64,000 nt of DNA from a virus. The position numbers and the translations under genes are program-made. Positions 55,320 through 64,000 of the stretch are shown one piece after another (the first letter of the stretch is position 1; every line of letters begins with the position of its first letter). The notes below the pieces were generated by a model, which did not search any database, had not been told where the DNA came from, and saw only the letters and a program-made list of their open reading frames with translations. The stretch is taken from the IMG/VR virus record IMGVR_UViG_3300032238_000599, positions 64,001 through 128,000 of that record, one strand, 5' to 3'.

Positions 55320-56137
55320 AGCAAAAACCAACTTTATTTTTTAATGGTTGTAGTTTTGTTCACGGTGATAGTTTACTAACAGATTTTCCAGGAGAGCTTA
55401 ATCTTTCCGATCGTGTTAGCAAACTAACTGACCATAAAACTGTAAATCTTGCAATTTATGGTGCTACTAACGACCTAATTACTTTTACAACCATTGAATA
55501 TTTTAACAACCTTTCTCCAGAAGAGAGAAAAAATCATGTGGCATGCATTGGATGGACCGAGTGTTCACGTACAATGATTCCACATCCGTATCTTGACATC
55601 CCTGACAGGGATTATATCAACCCTGACAACATTTACAACTTGCAAAAACTGTGGATGCACCTAAATCTCATTGTTTTGAAACATGCAGACGAAGATGTGC
55701 GTGAAAGGTTCCGCCCGTTAGTGAAAGAAATGCTTATACACATGGGCGAGCCCTATTGGTTTAAAGAGCATGTCAAAAATATTATCTTACTTGAAAATTA
55801 TTTCAAGGCAAATGGCATTCCATATATGTTTTGGAACAGCATTGGCTTACCTATTAACAGACTAGACAAGCAAACTAGGGCAACTTTCGAAAAATACGTC
55901 GATTGGACAAAATGGATCAACTGGGCTGAACTAGATTTAGGAGTAAACCTTGCTCCGCCACCGAACGCCACACATCAATACAATCAAAAATACGGTGTGC
56001 TCGGTATGATGATGAATGATAGCGTAAAATATGAGGATGTGTGGACTAGTACAGGACATCCTGGACCTATCACTTGTCAAAAATGGGCTGAAGTTTTAGT
56101 ACAACATTTAAAAATCAAAAATCTCATAGAAATTTGA
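55316..56137 (+). CDS. SGNH/GDSL-hydrolase-like protein
   Basis: FNGCSFVHGD (block I), NLAIYGATN, IGWT, C-terminal GHPGP. Confidence 0.6.
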   Translation: MKQKPTLFFNGCSFVHGDSLLTDFPGELNLSDRVSKLTDHKTVNLAIYGATNDLITFTTIEYFNNLSPEERKNHVACIGWTECSRTMIPHPYLDIPDRDYINPDNIYNLQKLWMHLNLIVLKHADEDVRERFRPLVKEMLIHMGEPYWFKEHVKNIILLENYFKANGIPYMFWNSIGLPINRLDKQTRATFEKYVDWTKWINWAELDLGVNLAPPPNATHQYNQKYGVLGMMMNDSVKYEDVWTSTGHPGPITCQKWAEVLVQHLKIKNLIEI

Positions 56138-56162
56138 CATTTTTGTTAACGTATGTTATAAT
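56134..56162 (+). promoter_or_regulatory. Perfect sigma70 promoter with extended -10
   Basis: TTGACA (56134-56139) - 17 nt - TATAAT (56157-56162), TG at 56154-56155; ATG 6 nt downstream. Confidence 0.85.
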
Positions 56163-56168
56163 AAAAAC

Positions 56169-57362
56169 ATGACCACTATTGATAAAATACTAAAAGAAAT
56201 TTCCGCTATTGGATTTGATAAGTTGCAACCTAGCTTGCCTAAGCGAGATGTGAAAATTCTTAAAAATTTGGTGGTTTTAATCACTAGGCCTGAATACATT
56301 TCAGAAAATCAAGGAAAATTATTAATAAAAATTTTCAATGAAAACATTAGCTCCCTTAGTTTTCTAAATTTAGACTTAGCTGAAATTTTAAAATCGCCAT
56401 CGTGGTCGAGGCCCTTTCGAAAAATTATACAAACTCGAAAAATTGGAATTTTTCAGGCAGACACCGGTGAAAAATCAATTCAACTTGAATTCACGTTCAC
56501 TAGTACGTTAAAGAAAATTTTACAAAACCTCACAAAATCTATTCAAGACGGAACTTCTAGTGTTACTATTGTTAGCGGAAGAATTTATCGAATTCCACTC
56601 ACAGAAAAAAATCTAGTGCTAGTAGTAGATGCATTTAAAAACCATAATTTTGAGGTTTCCACGGAAATTTTAAGTTTTTACGAAACCATAAAATCTTGGG
56701 ATGGTAAAGAATTTAAGAAAAATTTTGAAATTTTTTCTGAAAGCAATTCATCTCTAAGAGAAACTATTAAAAAAATGTTAAATCTTGAAACTGAGCCATC
56801 GGAGTTGATTCTTAGTGATCGAAAAATTCAGTTTCAGTACCAATTTTTACCAAAAAAAACTGAAGATACATTAACGTCGATTATAGCAAATAGAACTTCC
56901 AGCAAAGTTTATGTTAACAGTACAACATATTCAATGATAGACTTGGTAGCATCATTAAAAGAGCTACATCGGTTGCCATTGCTAGTTGTTTTTAATGGTT
57001 ATAGTGAAACAGAAAGCCTAAAAAATCTGGAAATTTTGAGTCAAGCATTAGAAAATTCTAAAATTGATGATCGTGTAGGAATTTATTTCCGCTTTGAAAA
57101 TACTAACAGCGGAAAAGTTTTTAATCAAACTATTGCAGAGAAAAAATATAATTCTTTCCTTGACACTGACATTAATTGCGCTGGAATTATTGGTGGAAAA
57201 ATACCAAAATTTTTCCTTTCTTCCGCATGGCGCCCACAAGCTGTTATTAGTTTTACTAATAATTTAAAACACAATAAAGCCTCTGTCTATTGCAATAGTT
57301 GTGATTTAATTGTATACTATAACGAAAAGAAACCTCTAATAATAAACAATAATGACTTGTAA
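56169..57362 (+). CDS. Hypothetical protein upstream of uvsW
   Basis: 397-aa K/I/S-rich ORF overlapping the uvsW start; no motif recognised. Confidence 0.6.
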   Translation: MTTIDKILKEISAIGFDKLQPSLPKRDVKILKNLVVLITRPEYISENQGKLLIKIFNENISSLSFLNLDLAEILKSPSWSRPFRKIIQTRKIGIFQADTGEKSIQLEFTFTSTLKKILQNLTKSIQDGTSSVTIVSGRIYRIPLTEKNLVLVVDAFKNHNFEVSTEILSFYETIKSWDGKEFKKNFEIFSESNSSLRETIKKMLNLETEPSELILSDRKIQFQYQFLPKKTEDTLTSIIANRTSSKVYVNSTTYSMIDLVASLKELHRLPLLVVFNGYSETESLKNLEILSQALENSKIDDRVGIYFRFENTNSGKVFNQTIAEKKYNSFLDTDINCAGIIGGKIPKFFLSSAWRPQAVISFTNNLKHNKASVYCNSCDLIVYYNEKKPLIINNNDL

Positions 57363-58806
57363 ATTAATCATTCGAGATGAAGTTAATATTAAGCTAGAAG
57401 GCCTAGAAGTTGAGGTAAGACGTAAACTTGTAAATGCCTTCAAGTATGAAATACCTTACGCTCGTTATCAGCCTGCATATAAATTAGGTAGATGGGATGG
57501 CACAGTTAGTTTATTTGGATTAGGCGGTAACGGTTATCTATATCAACTAGAAAAAGTTCTTGAAATTTTAACAAATCAAGGCGTTGAAATCGACGAAATA
57601 GAAGATCTAAGAAATTCTGTTAAATTAAATTTTACTGAAATCGCACAAGATTTTTGGGGCGACATGTGTTGGCCAACTGGACATAGATTTGCTGGGGAAC
57701 CTATACGTCTTAGAGATGATCAAGTTGACGTTGTTAATAATTTTTTAAAAAATCCACAAAGTTTACAAGAGGTAGCAACAGGTGCAGGTAAGACCATTAT
57801 GACTGCAACCATGGCTAAAATATGTGAGCCATATGGCCGAACTATCGTCATAGTACCTAATAAAGATCTTGTTACCCAGACAGAAGAAGATTTTCGAAAT
57901 GTCAAACTAGATGTCGGTGTTTATTTCGGTGATAGGAAAGAACTTGGCAAAACACACACTATTTGTACTTGGCAAAGTCTAAACATTTTAGATAAAAAAT
58001 CTCATGATAATGCAACACTAACACTGGCTGAATTTCTTGACGGTGTTCAAACAGTAATTGTTGACGAAGTACACATGGCTAAAGCAGATGTGTTAAAAAA
58101 ATTATTAACGCAAAACTTAGCCAATGCTCCAATTCGTTGGGGACTAACAGGAACAGTACCAAAAGAGAAATATGAACACGAACAGATATTTGCAAGTATT
58201 GGTCCAGTTGTAGGACGAGTGACAGCTAAGGAATTACAAGATAAAGGCGTATTATCTAATTGTCATGTTAACATTGTACAAATGGTTGACATTAGGGAAT
58301 TTAGAAGTTATACTGATGAAGTTAAGTATCTTGTAACAGATGACGATAGAATGATTTACATCAGTAAGTTAATTAAATCTATTTCAGAATCTGGAAATAC
58401 ATTGGTACTTGTAAATCGTATAGACTCAGGTAGGTTCCTAGTCAACGAGATAGAAGATAGTGCTTTTATTTCCGGTGAGGTTAAAGGCTCTACTCGAAAA
58501 GAGGAATACAAGGGACATGCAACTGCTGATAACAAGATTACTGTGGCGACTTATGGTGTGGCCGCTGTGGGTATTAATATCCCTCGTATTTTTAATCTGG
58601 TTCTTTTGGAATCCGGAAAGAGCTTTACACGAGTTATACAAAGCATTGGGCGAGGTATTAGAAAAGCTGAAGACAAAGACTTCGTACAAATCTGGGATTT
58701 AACGTCAACTTGCAAATATGCAAAACGACATCTCACAGAAAGGAAGAAATTTTATAAAGACGCCAAATATCCATTTACAATAGAAAAGGTAGACTGGCAA
58801 AAATAA
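57352..58806 (+). CDS. uvsW: SF2 DNA helicase UvsW
   Basis: GRWDG, ATGAGKT, VDEVH, GLTGT, GINIP, QSIGRGIR. Confidence 0.9.
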   Translation: MTCKLIIRDEVNIKLEGLEVEVRRKLVNAFKYEIPYARYQPAYKLGRWDGTVSLFGLGGNGYLYQLEKVLEILTNQGVEIDEIEDLRNSVKLNFTEIAQDFWGDMCWPTGHRFAGEPIRLRDDQVDVVNNFLKNPQSLQEVATGAGKTIMTATMAKICEPYGRTIVIVPNKDLVTQTEEDFRNVKLDVGVYFGDRKELGKTHTICTWQSLNILDKKSHDNATLTLAEFLDGVQTVIVDEVHMAKADVLKKLLTQNLANAPIRWGLTGTVPKEKYEHEQIFASIGPVVGRVTAKELQDKGVLSNCHVNIVQMVDIREFRSYTDEVKYLVTDDDRMIYISKLIKSISESGNTLVLVNRIDSGRFLVNEIEDSAFISGEVKGSTRKEEYKGHATADNKITVATYGVAAVGINIPRIFNLVLLESGKSFTRVIQSIGRGIRKAEDKDFVQIWDLTSTCKYAKRHLTERKKFYKDAKYPFTIEKVDWQK

Positions 58807-58810
58807 CAAC

Positions 58811-59317
58811 ATGCAAATATTAACATTAGAAAATAAAACATTTCAACTAAACAATTTACCCGATGAGGTAGATGAAAACACTAGGTTTGCTGTATTAGAC
58901 AACAGCGCACCTGCAGAACCAGACTTCTTTTTTGTACCATTAATATTTTTAGAAAGTTTTAATGCGCCAGCAATGGTATTAAGAATCGGTGAAAACGAAG
59001 TAACAATGCCCATAGATTGGAGCATTGCAGTTGGCGATAGTTCTAGTTCGTGCGATATTGAAATACTTCCGCTTACAAGTCTTAATGATAGGGGATTTGA
59101 AGCATTAGTTTTTAATCCCCTAAGTTCATTTAGGGTAGAATTTAAAAAAATTGAAATTATAAATTTTTACAATGATGTTAAATGGTATTTCCCTAAGATG
59201 CGTAACGGGCAATTATTAGCAGTTCCAACTCAGCAAGGACACAAACCAGAGTGTTCATACTTTGTTAAAGAGATTAGTAGACAAAGTGAAATTATTCAAT
59301 TAGACAAATTATTATGA
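58811..59317 (+). CDS. Hypothetical beta-rich protein
   Basis: 168-aa ORF coupled to neighbours. Confidence 0.6.
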   Translation: MQILTLENKTFQLNNLPDEVDENTRFAVLDNSAPAEPDFFFVPLIFLESFNAPAMVLRIGENEVTMPIDWSIAVGDSSSSCDIEILPLTSLNDRGFEALVFNPLSSFRVEFKKIEIINFYNDVKWYFPKMRNGQLLAVPTQQGHKPECSYFVKEISRQSEIIQLDKLL

Positions 59318-59961
59318 CATTAAAAGTTGCATATTTCCAACCAGTAGTACTAGCAATAGACCAAGTTCCGCCAGTTGAATTTAGCCGTATGTACAGCCTA
59401 GTAGAAAGTCTACACAACCGTCCTGAACTTAATGATGCTGACAATCCTTTTATCAGTATCCGTGGCGGACAACAGATACAAGTATATCCTAATGAATATA
59501 ACTTAGATGTTAAATGGTTAGTTGATTGGGTTGAGTTAATGGCGCAAGGTTATATGGAATTAATCATTGCTCAAAGCGGAACTGAGGACTTAAAATACTG
59601 CAAACCTGTCTGTGTTAGTATTTGGACTATTCGTCAACAAGAAGGCGACTACCAGGAAATGCATAGTCACCCAACAGGCAATTTAAGTGGTAACATCTAT
59701 ATCACTGCTCCAGAACTTGATGATGATTTAAAACAACCAAGTGACAGTCAAATTCTTTTTAGACTTCCACATACACGAGATGTTGGCAAGTTTATTATGA
59801 ATGACACTTGGAAATATAGTCCAGCACCCGGAACGTTTGTCCTATTCCCAAGTTATCTTCCACATACAGTTTACCCATGGAAGGGTCCTGGTTATAGAAC
59901 AGTAATGGCGTTCGATATCAAGTTAATTCCCAAGGATGAACTAGCTAATGGGAACACTTAA
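59314..59961 (+). CDS. Putative 2OG-Fe(II) oxygenase (TIGR02466-like)
   Basis: W....GDYQEMHSH...LSGNIY, FPSYLPHTVYP, RTVMAFD. Confidence 0.75.
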   Translation: MTLKVAYFQPVVLAIDQVPPVEFSRMYSLVESLHNRPELNDADNPFISIRGGQQIQVYPNEYNLDVKWLVDWVELMAQGYMELIIAQSGTEDLKYCKPVCVSIWTIRQQEGDYQEMHSHPTGNLSGNIYITAPELDDDLKQPSDSQILFRLPHTRDVGKFIMNDTWKYSPAPGTFVLFPSYLPHTVYPWKGPGYRTVMAFDIKLIPKDELANGNT

Positions 59962-60217
59962 ACCCGGTGCCACTTACATATATGAACGTTCTGGCGGAAC
60001 AGTTTATGCCAGAGAATTTGGATCCACAGAACGAAAAGTAATCGGGTATGAATGGCCAAATAAAGCAGATCCCCTCCAATATGATTTAGTCGAAACACAA
60101 CTTTGGCAAGATATTGTTCATGCAGGGAAAACCAATCCCACTTTACAAAAAGCCTTAGATCGTGCTAAAATGTTGTACAACATGAGTGAAGAATATGAGC
60201 GAAAAGATCGAACTTAA
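59948..60217 (+). CDS. Hypothetical protein
   Basis: 89 aa with AAGGA SD, overlapping both neighbours. Confidence 0.55.
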   Translation: MGTLKPGATYIYERSGGTVYAREFGSTERKVIGYEWPNKADPLQYDLVETQLWQDIVHAGKTNPTLQKALDRAKMLYNMSEEYERKDRT

Positions 60218-60671
60218 AGAAAAACTAGCCGCAGTAGACATGAACTTTCGTTCCCTATGGGATGAAATAGATGACGCCCAACGAAAAAGTTTGAAGAGCG
60301 AACTTTATATTTTAAATCGATATATCAGTAGTGCAAAAGGTCAGAACAGAGAAACACAAGAACATTTTGTGTTAACTGTCAACGAATATTTTAATAAAAA
60401 TTGGAACGACCTACAGAAACATCCTAAACTGTTATGGCTATTACTTTGTATGTGTTCTTGGGATGGTCAAAAAATTATGTTCCACGAATGGATAGGATTT
60501 AAGAAAAAGAAGGGCGACACTAAAATTCTTAAATTTTTACTTGAAATTTATCCTAATAGAAAACACGACGAACTTGAAATGTTAGCACAAACCATGACGG
60601 GTAAAGAAGCAAGAGAGCTTGCTAGAACGCATGGGTACGATGACAAACAAGTTGAAAAGATGTTTAAATAA
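60195..60671 (+). CDS. Hypothetical protein, possibly clamp-loader small subunit (gp62-like)
   Basis: YILNRYISS...VNE...HPKL.W....FHEWI..KKK weakly resembles gp62 in size and pattern; replication context. Confidence 0.4.
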   Translation: MSEKIELKEKLAAVDMNFRSLWDEIDDAQRKSLKSELYILNRYISSAKGQNRETQEHFVLTVNEYFNKNWNDLQKHPKLLWLLLCMCSWDGQKIMFHEWIGFKKKKGDTKILKFLLEIYPNRKHDELEMLAQTMTGKEARELARTHGYDDKQVEKMFK

Positions 60672-60676
60672 TAGTG

Positions 60677-61375
60677 ATGCTAAACTTGAAACCAGTAGAT
60701 CAACCTTATGTATGTTCGCATTGTAATAGCGGATTTATGAAGGAAAAAACATTAACTGTTCATATGTGCGAACAGAAGCGTAGGTATTTGGCTCGTTCAG
60801 AGAAACACGTTCAGATAGGTTATCAAGCATACATTAAATTTTATCAGCTTACACAAAGATTCCAAGGCGAAAAAACCTATGACGAATTTTCACGTAGTCC
60901 GTATTACAACGCTTTCATAAAATTTGGAAGTTTTGTTAGCAATGTTAACCCGTTGTATCCTCAACATTATATCGACTGGGTAGTAACTAGTAACGTGAAA
61001 TTAGATCACTGGTGTCGTCAAGAACTCTACGACAAGTATGTGCTTGAGTTGATTAAAACAGAAAATGTAGAGACAGCATTACAACGAACGCTAGCTCATA
61101 TGATGGATTGGGCAGAAGAAAAAAATGCAGTATGGAATCATTATTTTGATTACGTAAGCCTTAGTCGTGCTACATTTGATATTAGAGATGGTAAGATAAG
61201 TCCGTGGGTTATACTTAACTGCCAAGCAGGAAAAACAATGCTATCTAAAATGAATGACGAACAGCTAGAAGCTATAAGTGCCGTAATTGATCCAGAGTAT
61301 TGGATGAGGACATTCCGTAAGCAAAAACAAGATGTAGAACTTGTTCGACAAGTTCTTGAGGAAGCTAAATTATGA
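60677..61375 (+). CDS. Hypothetical protein with N-terminal Zn finger
   Basis: YVCSHC...F.KEKTL.VHMC (C2HC-like); GTG at 60674 is an alternative start. Confidence 0.6.
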   Translation: MLNLKPVDQPYVCSHCNSGFMKEKTLTVHMCEQKRRYLARSEKHVQIGYQAYIKFYQLTQRFQGEKTYDEFSRSPYYNAFIKFGSFVSNVNPLYPQHYIDWVVTSNVKLDHWCRQELYDKYVLELIKTENVETALQRTLAHMMDWAEEKNAVWNHYFDYVSLSRATFDIRDGKISPWVILNCQAGKTMLSKMNDEQLEAISAVIDPEYWMRTFRKQKQDVELVRQVLEEAKL

Positions 61376-61554
61376 TTACCCCAGGAAATACAGAAGCAGT
61401 ACAGTTAGGCCTAGAAGTAATTTTAAGTGAAGACGATAAAACAGTCTATGTAAAATTTACAGGTTTTGAAAACATAGAAGAAGCAGATAATTATGCTTCT
61501 TACTTAACTGATACATTACCATTATTACTTTTTGAATCTGAAATAAAACACTAA
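61372..61554 (+). CDS. Small hypothetical protein
   Basis: 60 aa, GAGG SD, ATGA and TAATG overlaps with neighbours. Confidence 0.5.
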   Translation: MITPGNTEAVQLGLEVILSEDDKTVYVKFTGFENIEEADNYASYLTDTLPLLLFESEIKH

Positions 61555-62132
61555 TGCCAGATATTGACATTGACTTTGCAGATCGATCTAAAGCTCTTGA
61601 ACATTTCAAGCATGTTACTGCGACTATAGAAGACAACGGCACTTTTAAAAAACACAATTCAGGAATATATTGTACTTCTATTCCGTACAATCCAATTACT
61701 GGTATGAGTACCATTGACTATAAGTCGGCAGAAGACCGAGGTTATTTTAAGATCGATTTTTTGAATGTTAATGTTTATAACGGTGTAAAAGACGAAGCAC
61801 ATTTAATTCAATTAATGGAGACTGAACCACTATGGGATCTATTAGAACAAGATGACTTTACAAATTTACTGTTCCACATAAATGGGCATGGCTACTTGAT
61901 GAGGCAAATGAAACCTACGAGTATAGAAGAGTTAGCAATGTGTTTGTCTTTGATACGCCCTGCGAAAAAACATCTAGTTGGGAAGACGTGGACGGAGATT
62001 GGGATGACGATTTGGGAGAAACCGGAGAACGGTGAATACTACTTTAAGAAGAGCCACGCAGTTGCGTATGCTATGGCTATTGTAGTACAAATGAATTTAA
62101 TTTGTGAACAGATAAGTTACGGATACAGTTAA
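61554..62132 (+). CDS. dnaE: Miniature DNA polymerase III alpha (DnaE, family C)-like protein
   Basis: MPDIDIDF, KHNSGIY, GYFKIDFLNV, LAMCLSLIRPA, YYFKKSHAVAYA match DnaE motifs in order within only 192 aa. Confidence 0.75.
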   Translation: MPDIDIDFADRSKALEHFKHVTATIEDNGTFKKHNSGIYCTSIPYNPITGMSTIDYKSAEDRGYFKIDFLNVNVYNGVKDEAHLIQLMETEPLWDLLEQDDFTNLLFHINGHGYLMRQMKPTSIEELAMCLSLIRPAKKHLVGKTWTEIGMTIWEKPENGEYYFKKSHAVAYAMAIVVQMNLICEQISYGYS

Positions 62133-62503
62133 CGAGTTTTTCTAACAAGCTGAACTGATTTTCTTTTAATTCTTTTTAAAGTTAGGTTCATTAAATTGAC
62201 CACTGGTCCTAACACAATTCTTACATCCTTGCTGTTAAATGTTTTAATAGCATATCTATAAGGTTCAATTTGCGTCCTTAAAAATATGTTGATAGGAACT
62301 TGTCTATTTGATTCCCACCACCAAGTTTCTCCTATTTCTAAAAATCCTGATTTTTCTTCAGGTGTTCGAATAGAATTAAGATCGTAAAAACTAGTTACGT
62401 ACTGGTCTTGGTTAATAATAATCCCAACATACTCGTTTTCGCCGTAGTTTATCACACTTATAAACGGAAGTTGCTCTTCAATATTGTCTCGTAATTTTAT
62501 CAT
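62129..62503 (-). CDS. Hypothetical protein
   Basis: 124-aa ORF filling the gap between convergent and divergent neighbours; WWWESNR motif, basic C-terminus. Confidence 0.6.
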   Translation of the reverse strand: MIKLRDNIEEQLPFISVINYGENEYVGIIINQDQYVTSFYDLNSIRTPEEKSGFLEIGETWWWESNRQVPINIFLRTQIEPYRYAIKTFNSKDVRIVLGPVVNLMNLTLKRIKRKSVQLVRKTR

Positions 62504-62508
62504 AAATA
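62503..62508 (+). promoter_or_regulatory. Late promoter core TAAATA
   Basis: CATAAATA followed by AAGGA SD and ATG 62526. Confidence 0.5.
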
Positions 62509-62525
62509 TAGCTAAGGATTGCCAA

Positions 62526-63371
62526 ATGCAAAAAATTTCAAGTTATTTATTACACAATAGAATAGAGTTGGTTGCCGATTTGGCAGGATTTATCACGGAG
62601 TATAAACCAGTGTACAAAAGACATATCAGAGTCTATCGCGGAATAGACAATCTATTAGAATTCGACGTTAAAAACGCCGATCAAAAACGCATTGACTTAG
62701 GAGAGTTTGACACTTTAGAAATGCATGTGATGGACAATACCGGACAAGCATTACCAAGTAGCCCGTATACTGTAGAACCCTTAGATCAAGAAACATCTAA
62801 GGGACTAGCTACAGTAACTATCCCAGCAATTGATTTAGACGGTCTTATTGCACAGGGGCTAACTTATTCTGTTGTTGCAAATGGCAATACTATTCTTTAT
62901 GCTGATAGCAGATTTGGAGCGAGTGGAAATATCGATTTAATTACTACAGCTATCCCAGTAGCTAAGCCTGTACAAAAATATGATCATTTCTTAGGACTAG
63001 GCGATTTTAACAATACAACTATAACATATACTAGCGATGCAGTTAGTTTAAGAACAAGAGATGCTGTTCCTCCAAATCATATTCATGTGGAAATTTCAGT
63101 TACAAATCTTAAAGGTACCATATGGGTAGAAGCAACAAAACAAGAAGTTATTGGGCACGAATCGTTTACTCATAGTAATGGCACAAGAGTCTATGAACAA
63201 GTTTTAAACCCGGCAACTACTGACACTATTACAGTTCCGTTAATTGATTTATTAGAAACTGGTTATACTTATATACGTGTTAATTGGACTACAGACCCAA
63301 CTATAACAACTGGTAAAATTGATTTTTTCACAGTAGAATTCCACGCTCATCCTCCAGAAGTACCATGTTAA
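62526..63371 (+). CDS. Hypothetical beta-rich protein, possibly virion-associated
   Basis: VYRGIDN.LEFDVKNADQK..DL Ig-like N-terminus; start reassigned to MQKISSY on the basis of the SD. Confidence 0.55.
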   Translation: MQKISSYLLHNRIELVADLAGFITEYKPVYKRHIRVYRGIDNLLEFDVKNADQKRIDLGEFDTLEMHVMDNTGQALPSSPYTVEPLDQETSKGLATVTIPAIDLDGLIAQGLTYSVVANGNTILYADSRFGASGNIDLITTAIPVAKPVQKYDHFLGLGDFNNTTITYTSDAVSLRTRDAVPPNHIHVEISVTNLKGTIWVEATKQEVIGHESFTHSNGTRVYEQVLNPATTDTITVPLIDLLETGYTYIRVNWTTDPTITTGKIDFFTVEFHAHPPEVPC

Positions 63372-63385
63372 GTTAATCAAACTTC

Positions 63386-63414
63386 TTGACTGTTTTTAGT
63401 TAGTCTGTTATAAT
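63386..63414 (+). promoter_or_regulatory. Sigma70 promoter with extended -10
   Basis: TTGACT (63386-63391) - 17 nt - TATAAT (63409-63414), TG at 63406-63407; ATG at 63420. Confidence 0.8.
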
Positions 63415-63419
63415 ATAGT

Positions 63420-64000
63420 ATGAGTCTAATTGTAGAAACAGTTCAAAACTATCTTCCTGCTAGAAGAAAACATACCCCCAGTGGTTGGATAAGTTTTAAT
63501 GCACCGTGTTGTAGCGACAAACGCCAGCGTGGTGGTCTCATCTTTAATACCGGCGACGCAGTAAGCTACCACTGTTTTAATTGTGGCTTCAAAGCTAGTT
63601 GGCAACCTGGAAGACAAATTAGCCAAAAGATGAGTAAGCTGTTGCGATTATTCAATGTACCCGACGATACAATTAATCAACTGAGATTAGAAGCTCTAAG
63701 ATTAAATGATACATCAAGTGTTGAAATCCGTAGTATAGTTCCTAAGTTTGATGCTCGTGCATTACCAATGGATGCTAAAAGTTTAGACGAGTGGACTACT
63801 TGGATCAATTTGCAAGGTTGGGAAAATGCCGACCAAGAACTTATCAATGCTTTTTGTTATATACGAAATATTAGAGGATTAGATCCCTATGCCCATCCTT
63901 ACTACTGGACTAGCAAAGTTGGATTTAAGAATAGAATTATAATTCCGTTTTACAAAGATGGTGTGATAGTTGGCTGGACTGCTAGGGCAACTAAACCAGA
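63420..64000 (+). CDS. gp61: DNA primase (T4 gp61-like), 3'-truncated by window; absent from the ORF track
   Basis: Manual translation MSLIVETVQNYLPARRKHTPSGWISFNAPCCSDKRQRGG...SYHCFNCGFKASW (Zn-binding domain) ... NRIIIPFYKDGVIVGWTAR. Confidence 0.8.
   Translation, partial: MSLIVETVQNYLPARRKHTPSGWISFNAPCCSDKRQRGGLIFNTGDAVSYHCFNCGFKASWQPGRQISQKMSKLLRLFNVPDDTINQLRLEALRLNDTSSVEIRSIVPKFDARALPMDAKSLDEWTTWINLQGWENADQELINAFCYIRNIRGLDPYAHPYYWTSKVGFKNRIIIPFYKDGVIVGWTARATKP

Noticed and set aside
47412-58806. Introns or inteins in terminase, UvsX or UvsW
   Set aside because: All have normal lengths with contiguous motifs.
60665-60670. TAAATA before the Zn-finger gene
   Set aside because: It is formed by the last codons and stop of the upstream gene inside a replication operon and could be chance in AT-rich DNA, so I did not call it.
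63426-63626. Minus-strand 66-aa ORF
   Set aside because: It is antisense to the primase reading frame starting at 63420.
1-64000. tRNA/rRNA genes, integrase or IS elements, stop-codon reassignment
   Set aside because: Intergenic gaps are short and show no cloverleaf; no recombinase or transposase motifs were seen (the TnsA-like ORF is gp4); long genes are intact in code 11.

Overview
This window is a 64-kb segment of a large, AT-rich, T4-like (myovirus-type) bacteriophage genome. It is densely coding in the standard code, and I found no tRNA, rRNA or CRISPR array. 1-25.7 kb holds giant modular virion fibre/structural proteins (beta-helix, LamG, CBM5/12-like, cupredoxin-like and propeller modules). 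25.7-34.4 kb is an accessory cassette directly behind the fibre-tip gene and carries late-promoter-like motifs: two unknown proteins, a U32-family Fe-S protein fused to a SAM methyltransferase, two flavin-dependent halogenase-like proteins, two 2OG-Fe(II) oxygenases and a membrane transporter. 34.4-52.4 kb is a rearranged morphogenesis module (NUDIX, gp15, gp14, gp13, dNMP kinase, HNH, sheath, tube, gp4, terminase subunits, probable internal head proteins). 52.5-64 kb covers replication and recombination (gp32, UvsX, UvsY, UvsW, a 192-aa mini DnaE-like protein, and a primase cut by the window end). The most notable observations are the putative virion-tailoring enzyme cassette, the U32-methyltransferase fusion, the miniature or split family-C polymerase, strong context-dependent avoidance of GCWGC, phycobiliprotein-like CxRD helical repeats and a blue-copper ligand set in the fibres, and apparently leaderless transcripts. 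All family assignments come from motif recognition by eye, not from database searches.
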